Of a stretch of 64,000 bases of DNA, positions 1 through 13,636 are shown in pieces. The position numbers and the translations under genes are program-made. The stretch is taken from NCBI GenBank assembly GCA_951406725.2, contig OX597831.1, forward strand, positions 30,504,001 to 30,568,000, given 5' to 3'. The notes under the pieces are model-generated. The model was not told the DNA's origin and ran no database searches. It saw only the letters and a list, made by a program, of their open reading frames with translations. Source of the stretch: Octopus vulgaris (lineage: Eukaryota). Position 1 is the stretch's first letter. Every line of letters starts with the position of its first letter.

Positions 1-324
1 GAAACAGTGAAACACTGGGGTCAATGTAATCGACTAGTCCCCTCCCCCAAAATTTCAGGCCTGATGCCTATAGTCGAAAAGGATATTTCTAGTGGGTTTT
101 AAAACATAAGATGGTCGCTAGATAGTCGGACAGACTGCGTTATGATGTTTGTTCAGTCTCACTGTGCTCTGAGTTCAAATCCAGCGGAGGTCGACGTTGT
201 GTTTCTTCCTTTGAGGGTCTACAGAAGACTACCAGTTCAGTGCTGGTGCGCTTCTCTCTCCTCCACGTGGATGATGGAAGGACAAGACAGTGTGTGTCTT
301 CTCGCAATTATATCGTTACATTGA

Positions 325-712
325 TGGAAGCACTCCGTCGGTTACGACGATGAAGGTTCGGGTTGATCCGAATCAACGGAACAGCCTGCTCGTGAAATTA
401 ACGTGTAAGTGGCTGAGCACTCCACAGACACGTGTACCCTTAACGTAGTTCTCGGGGATATTCAGCGTGACACAGAGAGTGACAAGGCCGGCACCCTTTG
501 AAATACAGATACAACAGAAACAGGAAGTAAGAGTTAGAGAAAGTTGTGGTGAAAGAGTACAGCAGGGATCACCACCATCCCCTGCCGGAGCCTCGCGGAG
601 CTTTTAGGTGTTTTCGCTCAATAAACACTCACAACGCCCGGTCTGGGAATCGAAACCGCGATCCTACGACCGCGAGTCCACTGCCCTAACCACTGGGCTA
701 TTGCGCCTCCAC
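325..712 (-). mobile_element. tRNA-derived SINE, family A (possibly an octopus OR-type SINE), full length
   Basis: Minus strand begins GTGGAGGCGCAATAGCCCAGTGG (A box) ... GTTTCGATTCCC (B box). Near-identical inverted copy at 3176-3528. Family name not verified. Confidence 0.85.
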
Positions 713-1287
713 TGAAATAGGTGTATGTAATGTGAAATGGTTTTGATTAAGATATGAAACCAAATCATAGTTCGACATGCACGCGAATTTACTCGCTTAG
801 TAGTCCGTCAACATTGACCTAAAACGTCAGTTACTCTCGCCATAGGACTTCCAGTTCTTTCTCACTTTCTCTCTCTCTTACTCTGTGTGTGTGTGTATGT
901 GTGTGTGTGTTTGTGTGTACAACTCACTACCTCGCCTCATCTTTATTTTCCTCTGGGGTATGGTATTGCATCCTTGAATGTTTCTGTCAATCGAACATAT
1001 TTTGAAGCTTTTAAGCCTTTTCCTTTTTCTTTTTTTTTTTTTTTTTGCATTCCTTTGACTATAGGTGAATCAAGTGTTGTTTAGAATAAAATCGATAAAA
1101 GAAAGGTTAAGATTTACTTACTATGACAATTATTTCAGAGAGATAATGAAGCTCAACTGAATTGGATCTCATGGATTTGAAGGCTTGTTATTGAATCAGG
1201 ACTGACAAATTTAAACCCGATATTTGCTCAGAGCTAATAAAAAGGCGTAAGCAATTACTCTAATATATTTTGCCATACTTCTATAGA

Positions 1288-1453
1288 AACAGGGCCTGAT
1301 CCCAGCATGCAACTGATACTTAATTTATCGATCCCAAAAAGACGTAGGACAAAAATTGATCTTGGTAGAATTTGAACTAAAACGTAAAAATCCAAATGAA
1401 ATGCCGCTAAGCATTTTCTGCGGCGCGTAACGATTCTGCCAGCTCGGCACCTT
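1288..1453 (-). mobile_element. SINE family C, degraded
   Basis: Reverse complement of the family C motifs (gagctggcagaatcgtta ... agttcaaattc ... cgataaattaagta). Confidence 0.7.
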
Positions 1454-1492
1454 AGTTATCCTAGAAATGTTGAAGGATACACTAGAATAATT

Positions 1493-1705
1493 AAAGCAGC
1501 GAGCTGGCAGAATCGTTAAAGCAGTGAGCTGGTGGAAAAAATGGTTAGTGGCATTTCGTTCGTCTTTACGTTCTATGTTCAAGCTCCGCCGAAGCCTTTC
1601 ATCGTTTTGGGGATCGATAAAATAAGTACCAGTTGATTACTGGGGTCGATGTAATGGACTTACCATTTCTCCGTTCTTCAAGTCTTGTGCCAAAATTTGA
1701 AGCCA
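1493..1705 (+). mobile_element. SINE family C
   Basis: gcgagctggcagaatcgtta ... gttcaagctccgccga ... cgataaaataagtaccag ... ctggggtcgatgtaa; head-to-head with the 1288-1453 copy. Confidence 0.75.
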
Positions 1706-2169
1706 ATATTTGAAGAATATACAAATGAAAAGTAACTGAAGTGGTTTAATGTGGAATAGAACCTGCATTGCAGATTTAGTTTTTCACCTCAAAATATTTT
1801 AATACAAAAGAAGCCAATATTTACCTTAATTGAGTTTCGAGACGATGACGTATTTGTCATTTCAATTTCATTAAATGCTTACAATGTCTTAATGAATTCA
1901 TAACGAACAAATTAAATTTGAACGTCAGCTGCGGACACAAAAAATCATGTTCTCTTATTGTATTTACACGAACAAACATTCATTTTATTTTTCTCGAACA
2001 AACATTTACATTGTTGATGTATGTATATATTTACATATATGATTTCTCTCACACCATTGAATTTTACGAACATATTGGATAGTACATGTTACTTTTTACT
2101 AGCTCAGTGTAAGTAAGGCAATATTTATATTTTTCATTTGGCGCTAGTTAGGATCATTAAACTCTCAAA

Positions 2170-2370
2170 AAAGCAGCGAACTAGCAGAATCGTTAGCACG
2201 CCGGGCAAAATGCCTAGAACCATTTCGTTCGTCTGTACGTTCTGATTTCAAATTCTGCCGAGGTCGACTTTGGTTTTCATCGTTTTGGGTTCGATAAAAT
2301 AAGTACCAGTCGAGTACGGGGTTGAGGTAATCAACTTTACTCCTTCCCCGAAAGTGCCTATAATAGTAAG
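2170..2370 (+). mobile_element. SINE family C
   Basis: gcagaatcgttagcacgccggg ... ttcaaattctgccgaggtcgacttt ... tcgataaaataagtaccag. Confidence 0.75.
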
Positions 2371-2546
2371 GATTATGAGACATCTAAGTGTGGTAGATGA
2401 GCGGCATCGTTAGACCATCAGATAAAACATTTAGCGATAATCGCTCCGACTCTTTACATTTTTGAGTTAAAATTCAACAGGGGTCAAGCTTGCATTTTAT
2501 CTCTCTCACATCGAAAAGTCGAATAGTGTGGGTGCAATCAATGGTA

Positions 2547-2955
2547 TCTCTTTACTTGTTTCAGTTATTTGACTGTGGCCATGCTGGAGCACCGCCTTTA
2601 GTCAAGCAAATCAACCCCAGGACCTATTCTTTGTAAACCTATTACTTATTCTATCGGATTTCTTTTGCCGAACCGCTAAGTTACGGGGACCTAAACACAC
2701 CAGCATCGGTTGTCGAGCGATGTTGGTGGGGGGAGGACAAACACAGACACACAAACACACACACACACATATATATATACATATACATATATACAACAGG
2801 CTTTTCTCGGTCTCCGTCTACCAAATCCACTCACAAGGCTTTGGTCGGCCCGAGGCTATAGTAGATGACACTTGCCCAAGGTGCCACGCAGTGGGACTGA
2901 ACCCGGAACCATGTGGTTCGTAAGCAAGCTACTTACCACACAGCCACTCCTACGC
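2547..2955 (-). mobile_element. tRNA-derived SINE, family B (CORE-like block, internal microsatellite)
   Basis: Reverse complement of the 18015-18495 element: A box TGGCTGTGTGG, B box GGTTCAGTCCC, ccttgggcaagtg block, internal (TA)/(TG) tract. Confidence 0.85.
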
Positions 2956-3175
2956 TGGATCTACTAACATCCACCCTACAAAACTGTTTGTCTTGCGCTT
3001 AATTTAGAAATAATTATTAAACAGGTAAAGAACAAAAGCACTTTGCTATAATTCATCTACCTACTAGATATAGGAGCTAAATCTCCATCATATTACCTTC
3101 TATCCTCACGAAAAGAGAACAGGCAGGACGGTCATATCTTCAATGCCTTTTATTCTACGATTTGTTAGAGATCGA

Positions 3176-3528
3176 GTGGAGGCGCAATGGCCCAGTGGTT
3201 AGGGCAGCGGACTCGCGGTCGTAGGATCGCGGTTTCGATTCCCAGACCGGGCGTTGTGAGTGTTTATTGAGCGAAAACACCTAAAGCTCCACGCGGCTCC
3301 GGCACCACAACTTTCTCTCACTCTTACTTCCTGTTTCTGTTGTACCTGTATTTCAAAGGGCCGGCCTTGTCACTCTCTGTGTCACGCTGAATATCCTCGA
3401 GAACTACGTTAAGGGTACACGTGTCTGTGGAGTGCTCAGCCACTTACACGTTAATTTCACGAGCAGGCTGTTCCGTTGATTCGGATCAACCGGAACCCTC
3501 ATCGTCGTAACCGACGGAGTGCTTCCCA
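3176..3528 (+). mobile_element. tRNA-derived SINE, family A, with 10-bp TSD
   Basis: A box TGGCCCAGTGG, B box GTTTCGATTCC. GTTAGAGATC at 3164-3173 and 3529-3538. About 33-bp internal deletion relative to 325-712. Confidence 0.9.
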
Positions 3529-3687
3529 GTTAGAGATCAGTACTGACCGACTACGTCATCTCTACCTATTCTGCGAATGTAATACTTCACCGTTCTTTAT
3601 GAAGTTGTGACAAGAGAAACACTAAAGAAACGCACACAAGTAACTAATGGCAGCTTGTCAACCACGCATAAATCTATGGAATTAGAG

Positions 3688-3872
3688 CACGGCTCTGCAA
3701 ATATTTTGCATTTGCGATATACTTATATTCTTTTCAATATTCGGCAGCAAACCTGAATTAAGAATATAACTAAAAGTATAGGGAAAAAATTATATTCAGG
3801 ATACACTGTGGCATACTTAGCAGTCTCTCGTGGCACACTAGTGTGCCGCGGCATACCGATTGCGGAGCGCTG
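3688..3872. mobile_element. Non-autonomous hAT (Charlie-like) MITE
   Basis: Perfect 8-bp TSD AATTAGAG (3680-3687, 3873-3880); imperfect 13-bp TIRs CACGGCTCTGCAA / TTGCGGAGCGCTG; subterminal palindrome ggcacactagtgtgcc. Confidence 0.85.
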
Positions 3873-4173
3873 AATTAGAGCTCTGCAGCTCAGAAATTTA
3901 GAATTTAAATTGGTAATCATTTTAGATAGATACAGATATTCCTAAAGACACGTCACCCCCTCCTTATCTTTATACGGTAGTATGTTGCAACTCATTTAAA
4001 TGAATACTATACTGTGTTTACTATACTGCAGCCAGATATTACACGTGGGCACTTCTAGGATGCAATTCGATGTGCTAGAAACAGCAGTTGCACCTCCCAT
4101 AAATGATATTACTACTGAAGAAACACGATTGTGGTGTTGCAGCATGGCCACAGTCAAAGGACTAAAACAAGTG

Positions 4174-4288
<115 letters not shown>

Positions 4289-4734
4289 CTTGCTAGTGTT
4301 ATTATTTCAGTACAATTCCATTGATATAGGATGAATTATTCAGAAATGAAATCGTTCATGACTGCTACAGAAAGTTATCTCCAACGAGATATAGACTTAG
4401 AACTGAGTGGTCGTAACTACATATTTCTGATATTTTGTAAAGTGCTCTAATTATTCTGTCAATCGATCGTCTTGGTTAGTATTTTTTATTAACTTATTTT
4501 AATGTAAGTCGATTGATATTCTGGCGTGTTAAATCCGCGAAGCACTTACCAGTCGTAAATAAAACTAAGAATTAAATTTGTAGCTTGGTTATTTCGCTAG
4601 TAAAATTGTAAAACAGCATCAACACCATATATTTAACAATGATATTTCTCCGAAGCCATTTCTTTTTTAAAACGCTTCAGTATTGAATTGTATAGAGAAA
4701 ACATGTTGATTGTGTACAAACAGAAACTCTCTTT

Positions 4735-4930
4735 TCGGATATCAAATGTTGTCATTCAGCCAAAAAGACAAGTATCAACAAAAAATCTTCAATTATCTTC
4801 TGCTATCAGATGTTGTCATACCGCCAAAGTGGTATGTCTCGAGAAAAGGTTATTTCTATGATATATTCTAATTTCAGATGCTGTCAACCTGCCAAAGACA
4901 TATGTCCCAAGAAAAGGATATTTCCAAAAT
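4735..4930. repeat. Degenerate ~66-bp minisatellite, 3 copies
   Basis: tca(a/g)atg(t/c)tgtca....gccaaa recurs near 4741, 4805 and 4873. Confidence 0.55.
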
Positions 4931-5077
4931 ACTCATAATTCACAAACGTATTTCTTTTGTATCCAGATTCAATGATAGATAAGTCTACAAATTGCCGTTC
5001 ACAAATTAAAAATACTTTCACTACTACGGCGCATGCTTCTATCTGTCTTCATTTTCTAAAGCTATCACTAAGATGAT

Positions 5078-5619
5078 GACCGCCACCGACAACTTTATGG
5101 CATTTATCACCACTATTCACCAAACAATACCTGCGCACATCTCAAGTATATAACCAACACTGCCATCATCACTATACATACCACCTGTTAAAACAACTCT
5201 GGAAACTTTACACAGTGACTCGATCCGCTAAAGTATAGCAGCCAAATTATTTCAAATCTCACTGTATTGTCATGAGAAAGGAAAGTAATATTGGGCATTT
5301 AGAAATGTAATGCCCACATACACAGTTACAGTTCGATATGTTCTAGCACGACCTCCACCGACAACATTATGGCATTTGTCACCACTATTCACCAAACAAT
5401 ATCTGCCCACATCTCAATTATATAACCAACACTGCCATCATCACTATGCATACCACCTGTTAAACCAACTCTGGAATCTTTACATAGTGACTCGATCCGC
5501 TGAAGTATAGCAGTCAAATTATTTGAAATCTCACTGTATTGTCATGAGAAAGGAAAGTAATATTGGGCATTTAGAAACATGCCTACTTACACAGTTACAG
5601 TTCAATATGTTCTAAGCAC
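5078..5619. repeat. Tandem duplication, 272-bp period, 2 copies
   Basis: gacc(g/t)ccaccgacaac at 5078 and 5350; copies align end to end at roughly 90% identity. Confidence 0.92.
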
Positions 5620-6261
5620 TACATTATTCAGTATTTTATTGTTATTCATTTAATGAATACCGTAACTCATAACTGACAAATACAAAAACCACTGCCACCA
5701 AGAAAGGAAGAATAAAGATAACAACTTTCTCACCACCCAAACAGACACTCATCTCTTTATTAATGAAAAAGAAAACAGAATAGAAATTAAACATGGCAGT
5801 TTGTCACCCATTTATTAAAGCAAACAGCCCATTCCATTTGGGGTTTACTCCCTGTGAGAAAATCTGCACTTTATTGTATTTACTTTACCGGGGTATTACT
5901 CGCCATTACATGACTGACCCACTATGGCTTGATGTGTAAGAAATAGTAGCCAAACTTCTCTCAGACGATAGTGCTCCTGCGTTAAAAATGGAAATATACA
6001 TTCGGTGTTATACGAAAAGCTAGATGATCATAGATGTCCTTGATCATTCGCCTTTTGAATTAGCAATGATATGGTCTGAAATTGCAAAGTGCAGTCCATC
6101 TGTCAGGTCACGGATAAAGTGCCTTTGCTCATAGGTCTATTCAATCAAGAATGACAAAGGATTAAAACAATAACTAAAGCCAAAGAATGAGAATCTACGG
6201 TGTTGTTTGGTCGGTTAGAAACACCTGCGAAATCCCATTCATATTACATTTTGCTCGCCAA

Positions 6262-6430
6262 GAAAGGAATAGGGAAGGAAGAAGAAAGGAATAGAAGGAA
6301 AAGAAGAAAGAGAAGTGAGAGAAATAGAAGGAGAAGGAGAAAGACAGAGACAAAAAGAGAGAGAAAGAGAAGAGAAAGAAGTGAGAAAAGACAAAAGGAA
6401 AAGAAAGAAAAGAAGAATAAACAGAAACAG

Positions 6431-6501
<71 letters not shown>
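6262..6501. repeat. Purine-rich low-complexity tract plus (AGAT)n and (AG)n
   Basis: Directly visible. Confidence 0.9.
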
Positions 6502-6506
<5 letters not shown>

Positions 6507-6823
6507 CTGGGTAGCGTAGCCCTGGGTATCTGTGAAAGAGAGAATGAGTTTGCAACATCATTTGTTATGTCTTCTGAATCAGAGCTGACTTTACTCTAAA
6601 CTAAAATAACAACATTTACAATAAGATTAGCAGAAATACTTACTAGTTTCTTACTGTTATATGAGGGAATAGACGTTTGTGCTTTCTTCCTTTAGATTTC
6701 GTTATTTTCAAGGCAGTTGCCAAGACCACAGAACAACATTACTAACAAGGAGCTGAAAAAACGATTCATCTTGCTGTCAAGACAACAATTTAGCCATCAC
6801 AGCAGCATCAGAAAGAAAAAAAT

Positions 6824-6861
<38 letters not shown>

Positions 6862-7393
6862 AAACACACACACACACACATGCACTCACACGCATGCACA
6901 CACACATGGATATATTTATGTTTATGTTTGTACGTAGAAGGTGAGGGAGAACCGACAGTAGAGGACAATAATCTTTACTAAAAGAATATGTCTATCTGTT
7001 GACAATTGTTGTATCACCTGAAGGAAGGAAATGTCCTTCAGTACTGTATTATATTCAATTATTTCAACTAAGTATGGTTTCGCTCACGAGCGCAAGGCAA
7101 ATATTTCGTTTTTTTCTTTTCTGTATAATTACACCTAAAGGCTGAGAATACAAAGTATGCGATACAGGAAAGAAAAATGAGAAATAACTACGTAAACAGA
7201 GCCCAAGAAAACAATTGCGAATCAAAATGTTGGAGCTCCAGTATGGGCGTAGCTTACTTTTTAAGACTTGTAAAGAAAGCAAAAGCAATTAAATGTGCAC
7301 ATACGGCTGCGTGTTTAAGAGGTTTGCTTTGCAATTACGTGAGTTCAGGTCAATCCCAGGGCGCACTACCTTGAACAAGTGGCGAATAATATA

Positions 7394-7625
7394 TATTTCT
7401 TTACTACCCACAAGGGGCTACACATAGAGGGGACAAACAAGGACAGACAAAGGGATTAAGTCGATTACATCGACCCAGTGCGAAACTGGTACTTTATTTA
7501 TCGACTCCGAGAGGATGAAAGGCAAAGTCGACATCGGCGTAATTTGAACTCAGAACGTAACGACAGACGAAATACCGCTAAGCATTTCGCCCGGTGCGCT
7601 AACGTTTCTGCCAGCTCGCCGCCTT
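7394..7625 (-). mobile_element. SINE family C, full length
   Basis: Reverse complement of aaggcggcgagctggcagaa ... gagttcaaatt ... ccccttgtgggtagtaaagaaata. Confidence 0.88.
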
Positions 7626-7789
7626 ATGTGGCGGCTAATATAGTCCCGGGCCGACCAATGCCTTGGGCGTGAATTTGGTCGACGGAAACTGCGTGGACAC
7701 CCAGCATACGCATGCACTCATACACACATACACAAACACAGGGCCTAAAGAAACTGATGAACTGCTGCAATAAGTGTGTGAATCTGAGA

Positions 7790-7998
7790 GGGAAATATGT
7801 TGAATGCCTAGTGCTATTTCGTCTGCCGCTTCGTTCTGAGTTCAAATTCCGTCGAGGTCAACTTAACCTTTCATCCTTTCGGGGTCGATAAATTAAGTAC
7901 TAGTTACACACTGGGATCGATCTAATCGACTTAATCCGTTTGTCTGTCCTTGTTTGTCCCCTCTGTGTTTAGCCCCTCGTGGGCAATAAAGAATTAAA
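7790..7998 (+). mobile_element. SINE family C, 5'-truncated
   Basis: tatttcgtctgccgc ... ctgagttcaaattcc ... gtttgtcccctctgtgtttagcccc; inverted relative to 7394-7625. Confidence 0.85.
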
Positions 7999-8082
7999 TA
8001 TGTTGAATAGAATCATAATTAACTGGTCCTTCTGTATTTTCTTTTACTCAAAGCCAGAAACTTTTCAGTACCCGGTCGTACA

Positions 8083-8085
<3 letters not shown>

Positions 8086-8128
<43 letters not shown>

Positions 8129-8156
8129 TACACATGCACGCACACATACATAAATG

Positions 8157-8187
<31 letters not shown>

Positions 8188-8228
8188 ATACACACACACA
8201 CACACACAAACACATATTTATATGTATG

Positions 8229-8277
<49 letters not shown>
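8086..8277. repeat. Compound (CA)n/(TA)n microsatellite
   Basis: Directly visible. Confidence 0.95.
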
Positions 8278-8279
<2 letters not shown>

Positions 8280-9235
8280 TTACGTCTTGGTAATTTAACA
8301 GTCATAAAAATAAATACTCGCATCGATGTCTTCGGCTGAAACATCTCAAAGAAGTGTGCCAGTATTCCAGTGTCCATAGACTGAAACAAGTCAAATATAA
8401 TTATTTGTAACAGAGGCACAAAGTCATAAATGTTGAGAGGCTGGAGTTTGTCGATTAAATCAACCCCACTTCTTCACTGGTAGTTAACTTTGTCGACTAT
8501 GGAGAGATGACAGCAAAGTTGACCTACGCAGAATATACTAAACCTAGAACAAAAAAGCTAAATACCACAAGGCAGTTTTCCCGAAGCTCAAACGGTTCTA
8601 CCAATCTAAGCTTGAAATAAAGCATAATAGTTCTGATAAAATAATTTTCAGTTTCACTATAATCACAGTTATTCGTAAGTTAATTTTCACATGTCAACAG
8701 TAACTTGACGAAACGGTTAAGAATTCTGCTCCAAAATCAATCCCACTATTTTGGCATCTTAACATTAGCCACGAATTGAAAGGATTCTTTTGAATGGAAT
8801 TTGGTTGGAGGAAATTACGCAGAATCCCACCGGGTTCATTGCACTTGTAATTTAAAAGCCGAATGCATTTAAGAATTACATTAAGTAGATTCGTAATCAA
8901 ATGTGTCCCAGCCGTAATCGGCGCATCTTTTATTCAGATATATATTCAGAACCACTATAAAGCAGCTTCTATTTGCTACTGTTAAAGAAGGTAGGGTAAG
9001 ATAATTTTGGCTGTTATTTCTCGCACGTTGTTATTTCTTACTTGTTGACTCCAAGCTTAATGGCTCCAAGTTAAGGAAAAACTCGCCAATTGCGCTTCTC
9101 TTTCTCGTTCTCATCCTCTTCAAGTTAGCCTTGATCAAACAGAATTATGATCAAAGCGTTCCATTTTTGACCATCACGTCTTGTTTTTTAGTCAATGTAT
9201 AACAACAGACTACATTATCAAATATCTCTTTTTTT

Positions 9236-9443
9236 TTCTACTCTAAGCAAGAGGCCTAAAATCTTCGGTGGGAAGGATAGACAATTACATCAACCCCAGT
9301 GTCAACTGGTACTTATTCATTGACTCCGAAAGGAGAAAAGGCAAAGTTAATAATGGTGGATTTTCAATTCAGAACGTAACCGGAAGAAGTGCTGCTAAGG
9401 ATTTTATCCTGCAAGCTAGCATTTCTACCAGCTTACCGCCTTA
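9236..9443 (-). mobile_element. SINE family C, degraded
   Basis: caaccccagt ... aactggtactta ... gaaaggagaaaaggcaaagt ... tcagaacgtaac ... ccgcctt. Confidence 0.65.
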
Positions 9444-10039
9444 GTAGAAAGAGCTATAAGGTACAGGCTTTCTTATTGTCTAGGATAGATGTTGACTAGA
9501 GAGTCCATTTGTTGTAAAATGAACTGGCTGTGGAGTGGTGTATTTCAGTAGTAAATTAACTGAATTTGTCATATAAAAGATACAAACCAGCGGGAACTAT
9601 CGTTCCACGATCATGGCAAAAGGTTTTATTATAATGTGTCGAAATATTTAAGCTTTTGAAAATTCTGTTATTCATGTATCCCATATTTACATGCATACAT
9701 GAACGTTTGTTCTTGGTAAATGCTTATGGATAATTTTTTAACATATTTCAAGAAGATTTTCATTTCAAAGAAAATTCATGCTAGTCAGCCATTACTGTCC
9801 TATAACTTGTTGACACGTTCGACTATAGTGATTTAATGAGTCTCGTTTCGATTTTCGTCGATTGCTTTCGCGATGGGGCAAAACAGACCGATAGAATTAG
9901 TACGAGACTAGAAAATAACTATTGGGATCGATTTGATCGACTAAACATTGTAGGTTCGCGCCCAAGTATGGCCGCAGTCCACTGACTGAATCAAGAAAAA
10001 CGATCATGAAGTGAAAAAAAAAAAGACATACGGGCAGAT

Positions 10040-10141
10040 CTCTATCTATTATAGCCTCAGGCCGTCCAAAGCCTTGTGTGTGGATTTGGTAGACGGAAAC
10101 TCTGTGTGTGTGTGTGTGTGTGTGTGCGCGTGTGGAGGTGG

Positions 10142-10196
<55 letters not shown>

Positions 10197-10390
10197 TGTG
10201 TGTGTGTGTGTGCCACCACCACTTGAAAACCGTTGTTAGTGTGTTTATGTCCCCGTAAGTTCAGCAAAACTTATCAACAGAAAAGGAAATATGTGTTGGG
10301 GTCAATTAGCTCTGACTAAAAGAAAATGATTCCTCATAATGGTGCTACAGCATGACAACGGTCTAGTGACTGAAACAAATGAAAGACAAA
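10040..10390 (+). mobile_element. SINE family B, 5'-truncated, expanded (TG)n
   Basis: tatagcctcaggccg ... tggatttggtagacggaaact-(TG)n-... ccccgtaa ... gactgaaacaa. Confidence 0.75.
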
Positions 10391-10727
10391 ATATAAACGA
10401 TATAAAATAAACACCTAAAATTAAATCAATAAGCCAGGATTTCTGATCCAGAAACGTTAGGATGGAAGAAAGGAAAATTTTCTACAATTTTGTTTGGATG
10501 GCGTACAGTGAGATAACGTTACTTTTTATTTATAGACAGAATATAACTGATATTGCGTCTCATATATATATGTATATACCTTATATTGTGTCTATGACAG
10601 ACAAAAGAAGAAAAATAGGCAAAGAGCAATGAATTGTTATGGGGAACGTAAGAACATGCAAGGTGATCCACATTGTCAGTTTATTCCTAAATTTAATTAT
10701 CCGTGTGAGTGTGAGTACGCTTGTGCG

Positions 10728-11011
10728 TACACATATATATCTATATATTACATGTTCGCTTCTATATATATATATATATATATATATAACACAATTCCGT
10801 GCTGCATAATACTATATTTGTTCCAAATCCTCGCGTTGTTGTGTCTTTTTGTGCTTTCTTGTTTGGATTCACTATATATATATATATATATATATGTATA
10901 TGTATATATCTGCACACAAAAGCATACGCATATATATATGCATATATGTATATGTATAAATATATATATATATATATGTATATACATACATATATGCATA
11001 TATATATATTT

Positions 11012-11050
<39 letters not shown>

Positions 11051-11105
11051 AACACACATGCGTAAATCCAACTACACCCAGGCGCACATTTGTACGTTGT
11101 ACATG

Positions 11106-11155
<50 letters not shown>

Positions 11156-11325
11156 ATACATACATAAATGTATATATATATGTACATATATACAAATATA
11201 TAGTTTTCATATCTATATGTAGTTCTTATGCCTATAATATATACGTATGTGTGTGTGTGTGTGTGTAAATATATATGCATATACCTATGTGTGTATGTGC
11301 GTGATATGTTTGTATAGACAGACGG

Positions 11326-11356
<31 letters not shown>
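10728..11356. repeat. Long compound (TA)/(CA)/(TG) microsatellite field
   Basis: Directly visible. Confidence 0.9.
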
Positions 11357-11767
11357 TTAAGAAACAGAACGTACAACGACCAATATATGTCGCTGTAAGA
11401 AAGTAGAAAGCACGAAATGAAGTTTTCCCGTTGTTTTTATTGTTGAGAGATTTTGGAAGACAATTTCAGCTTTTCAAATAAACTGTAAATTGGAAGAAAG
11501 GTGAGTGTATAGAAATATAATAATTGTAAAGGAATATAAAATATTTTTGAAGAAAAATATTTTATGCAATTAATTCGAAGTCTTTTGTTATCTCAAGAAG
11601 CCCAACAAAATCAACGGATCTCTTTTCTCGATGTTTACTCTCTTTCTCTCTCTCTCTCTCTCCTTCTCTGTATGGACATATATACATACATAAGCACATG
11701 CATAGATGTATACATACATTCATTCCTACATAGACATAAAGAAGAAAATATTATTTGTCTGCCTGTT

Positions 11768-11806
<39 letters not shown>

Positions 11807-11954
11807 GTGTCCGTGTATGTGTGTGAGTGCATTTTATTTCCCCTCTCTGTGTCTCTATATATGTGTATGATTCTACTTGAATATATATGTATCAAAATTT
11901 ATAAGTCTCCCCTTCTCTCCACATGTCCACTTTCTGTCTGTCTGTTTGCTTGTT

Positions 11955-12093
<139 letters not shown>

Positions 12094-12496
12094 CTACTAC
12101 ATACATATAGACACACAACCAACACACATCTGCACACAGACAGCAATTTCAAATTATCAACAGCTTTGACGCGAGCACGGTTCTTTCCTAGTCATATGGA
12201 GATAGAAACTGTGATGGGAGAATAGGTAAGACTAAATCACAGAGAAGTTCAAAATGGTTGTGTCATATTTATTTTGCAAATGAAATCTGTGCCAGCAGAA
12301 TGTGCGTAAGTTCCAATGTTTGCAACAGAGCGAAGTGCGCTAAAGGCACCCAAGGTGGAAGTTTGTAGTGTTAAACAGAGCAACGGGTTAAGTCTACCAC
12401 CCAAGGGAGCCATTTGGGGATTTGAACTCAGAATGCAAAGAGCTTGAATAAATACTGCAAAGCCCGGCTCTGTGAATTTGTCATGTGTTTGTGTGT

Positions 12497-12536
<40 letters not shown>

Positions 12537-12589
12537 ACACACGCATGCGCGCATATGCAAGCGTCTGTCTGTGTATATATATATGTTTT

Positions 12590-13410
12590 GGAGGATTCTT
12601 CAAGTTGGATATCAAGACTCCACGTACAAGTAAAGCACTTTGGCGATTTGGTGATTTAACAGAGAAGATAAAATTCAAGAGGCTTGGTGATCAGGAGTGC
12701 GAAAGCGAGCAACAAGTTCTGGTTTTGGAAGGAGGTCATACCATTCATGGAGAAGAATCTAATAAAATACCTACCGCAGTGATCTGATGCTTCTCTTACA
12801 GGCAGAAACAGTTTGCCGACCAAACAGAAATTGGCTGTTATTTGAAAAACAAATGACCAGTGAATTCAAGTCGCGGTTCTTCTATAACGGGCAGCAGCTG
12901 AGATTCAAGTGGTAGTTGCTGATATATAAAAACCCACCAAAAACGGTGAAAAGAGTCGAGAGGTGAGAAGCTGGCTTGGAACTTCTCCAAGTATCTCAGC
13001 AACGGGGATTAACATTAGGCCTGGGCATTTACAGCTAGCTCTATCATCAGTGGCCGAAGGGATATTACAAAGTGGTAAAGTGCAGGGTTAGGATGATGTA
13101 TAAAGAGTTCAGCGAGGAAACGATCAGCAATACAAGATCAGAGTACATGTGGGGAGCCAAGAACACAAAAGCACCGAAGTAAGGCGTGCTGTAGTTGAGG
13201 TTATCATCATGAACTCGCGCATGGGAAGATAAGGGTCCGAATAACACACCTGAGCAATAGGAGAAAGTGGATCGAAAGTGGATGCGAGAGGGGATCTAAA
13301 CTGTTTTAATATACTTGCTGGATGTGTGAAGTGGGGGAGGTCAAGAACCGTGCTATTTGGACCCGAATGCAGCCTCAAATCAGCACTAGTTATGTGCCCG
13401 TAAATATTTA
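12590..13410 (-). pseudogene. Possible highly decayed non-LTR retrotransposon APE-endonuclease region (CR1/L2/Jockey-like)
   Basis: GC-richer island. Across frameshifts the minus strand gives LCNIPS ... LIPVAEIL ... GGFLYI (12938-12921) ... PSLLNFIFS, in the order of the APE motifs NIRS / ETWL / GGVxxY / LDL. Weak, by-eye similarity. Confidence 0.4.
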
Positions 13411-13578
13411 TGTTTAAAATTGCCTCAACCCACACTAATGATAGGAAGACATAATTACTGCACTTGTTGGAACATAATAACGTCGACAAAAGAGAGTGGA
13501 TTCAGTGCAAAGTTTCTCAATATAGATGGCACATCTTGGTTACACATGTATGCGTGTGAGTGTGTGTATATGTACGCG

Positions 13579-13636
<58 letters not shown>

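Noticed and set aside
3176-3250. tRNA gene-like sequence (also at 640-712, 56095-56172, 57960-58034)
   Set aside because: A and B boxes are present but there is no proper acceptor stem, and each continues into a SINE body.
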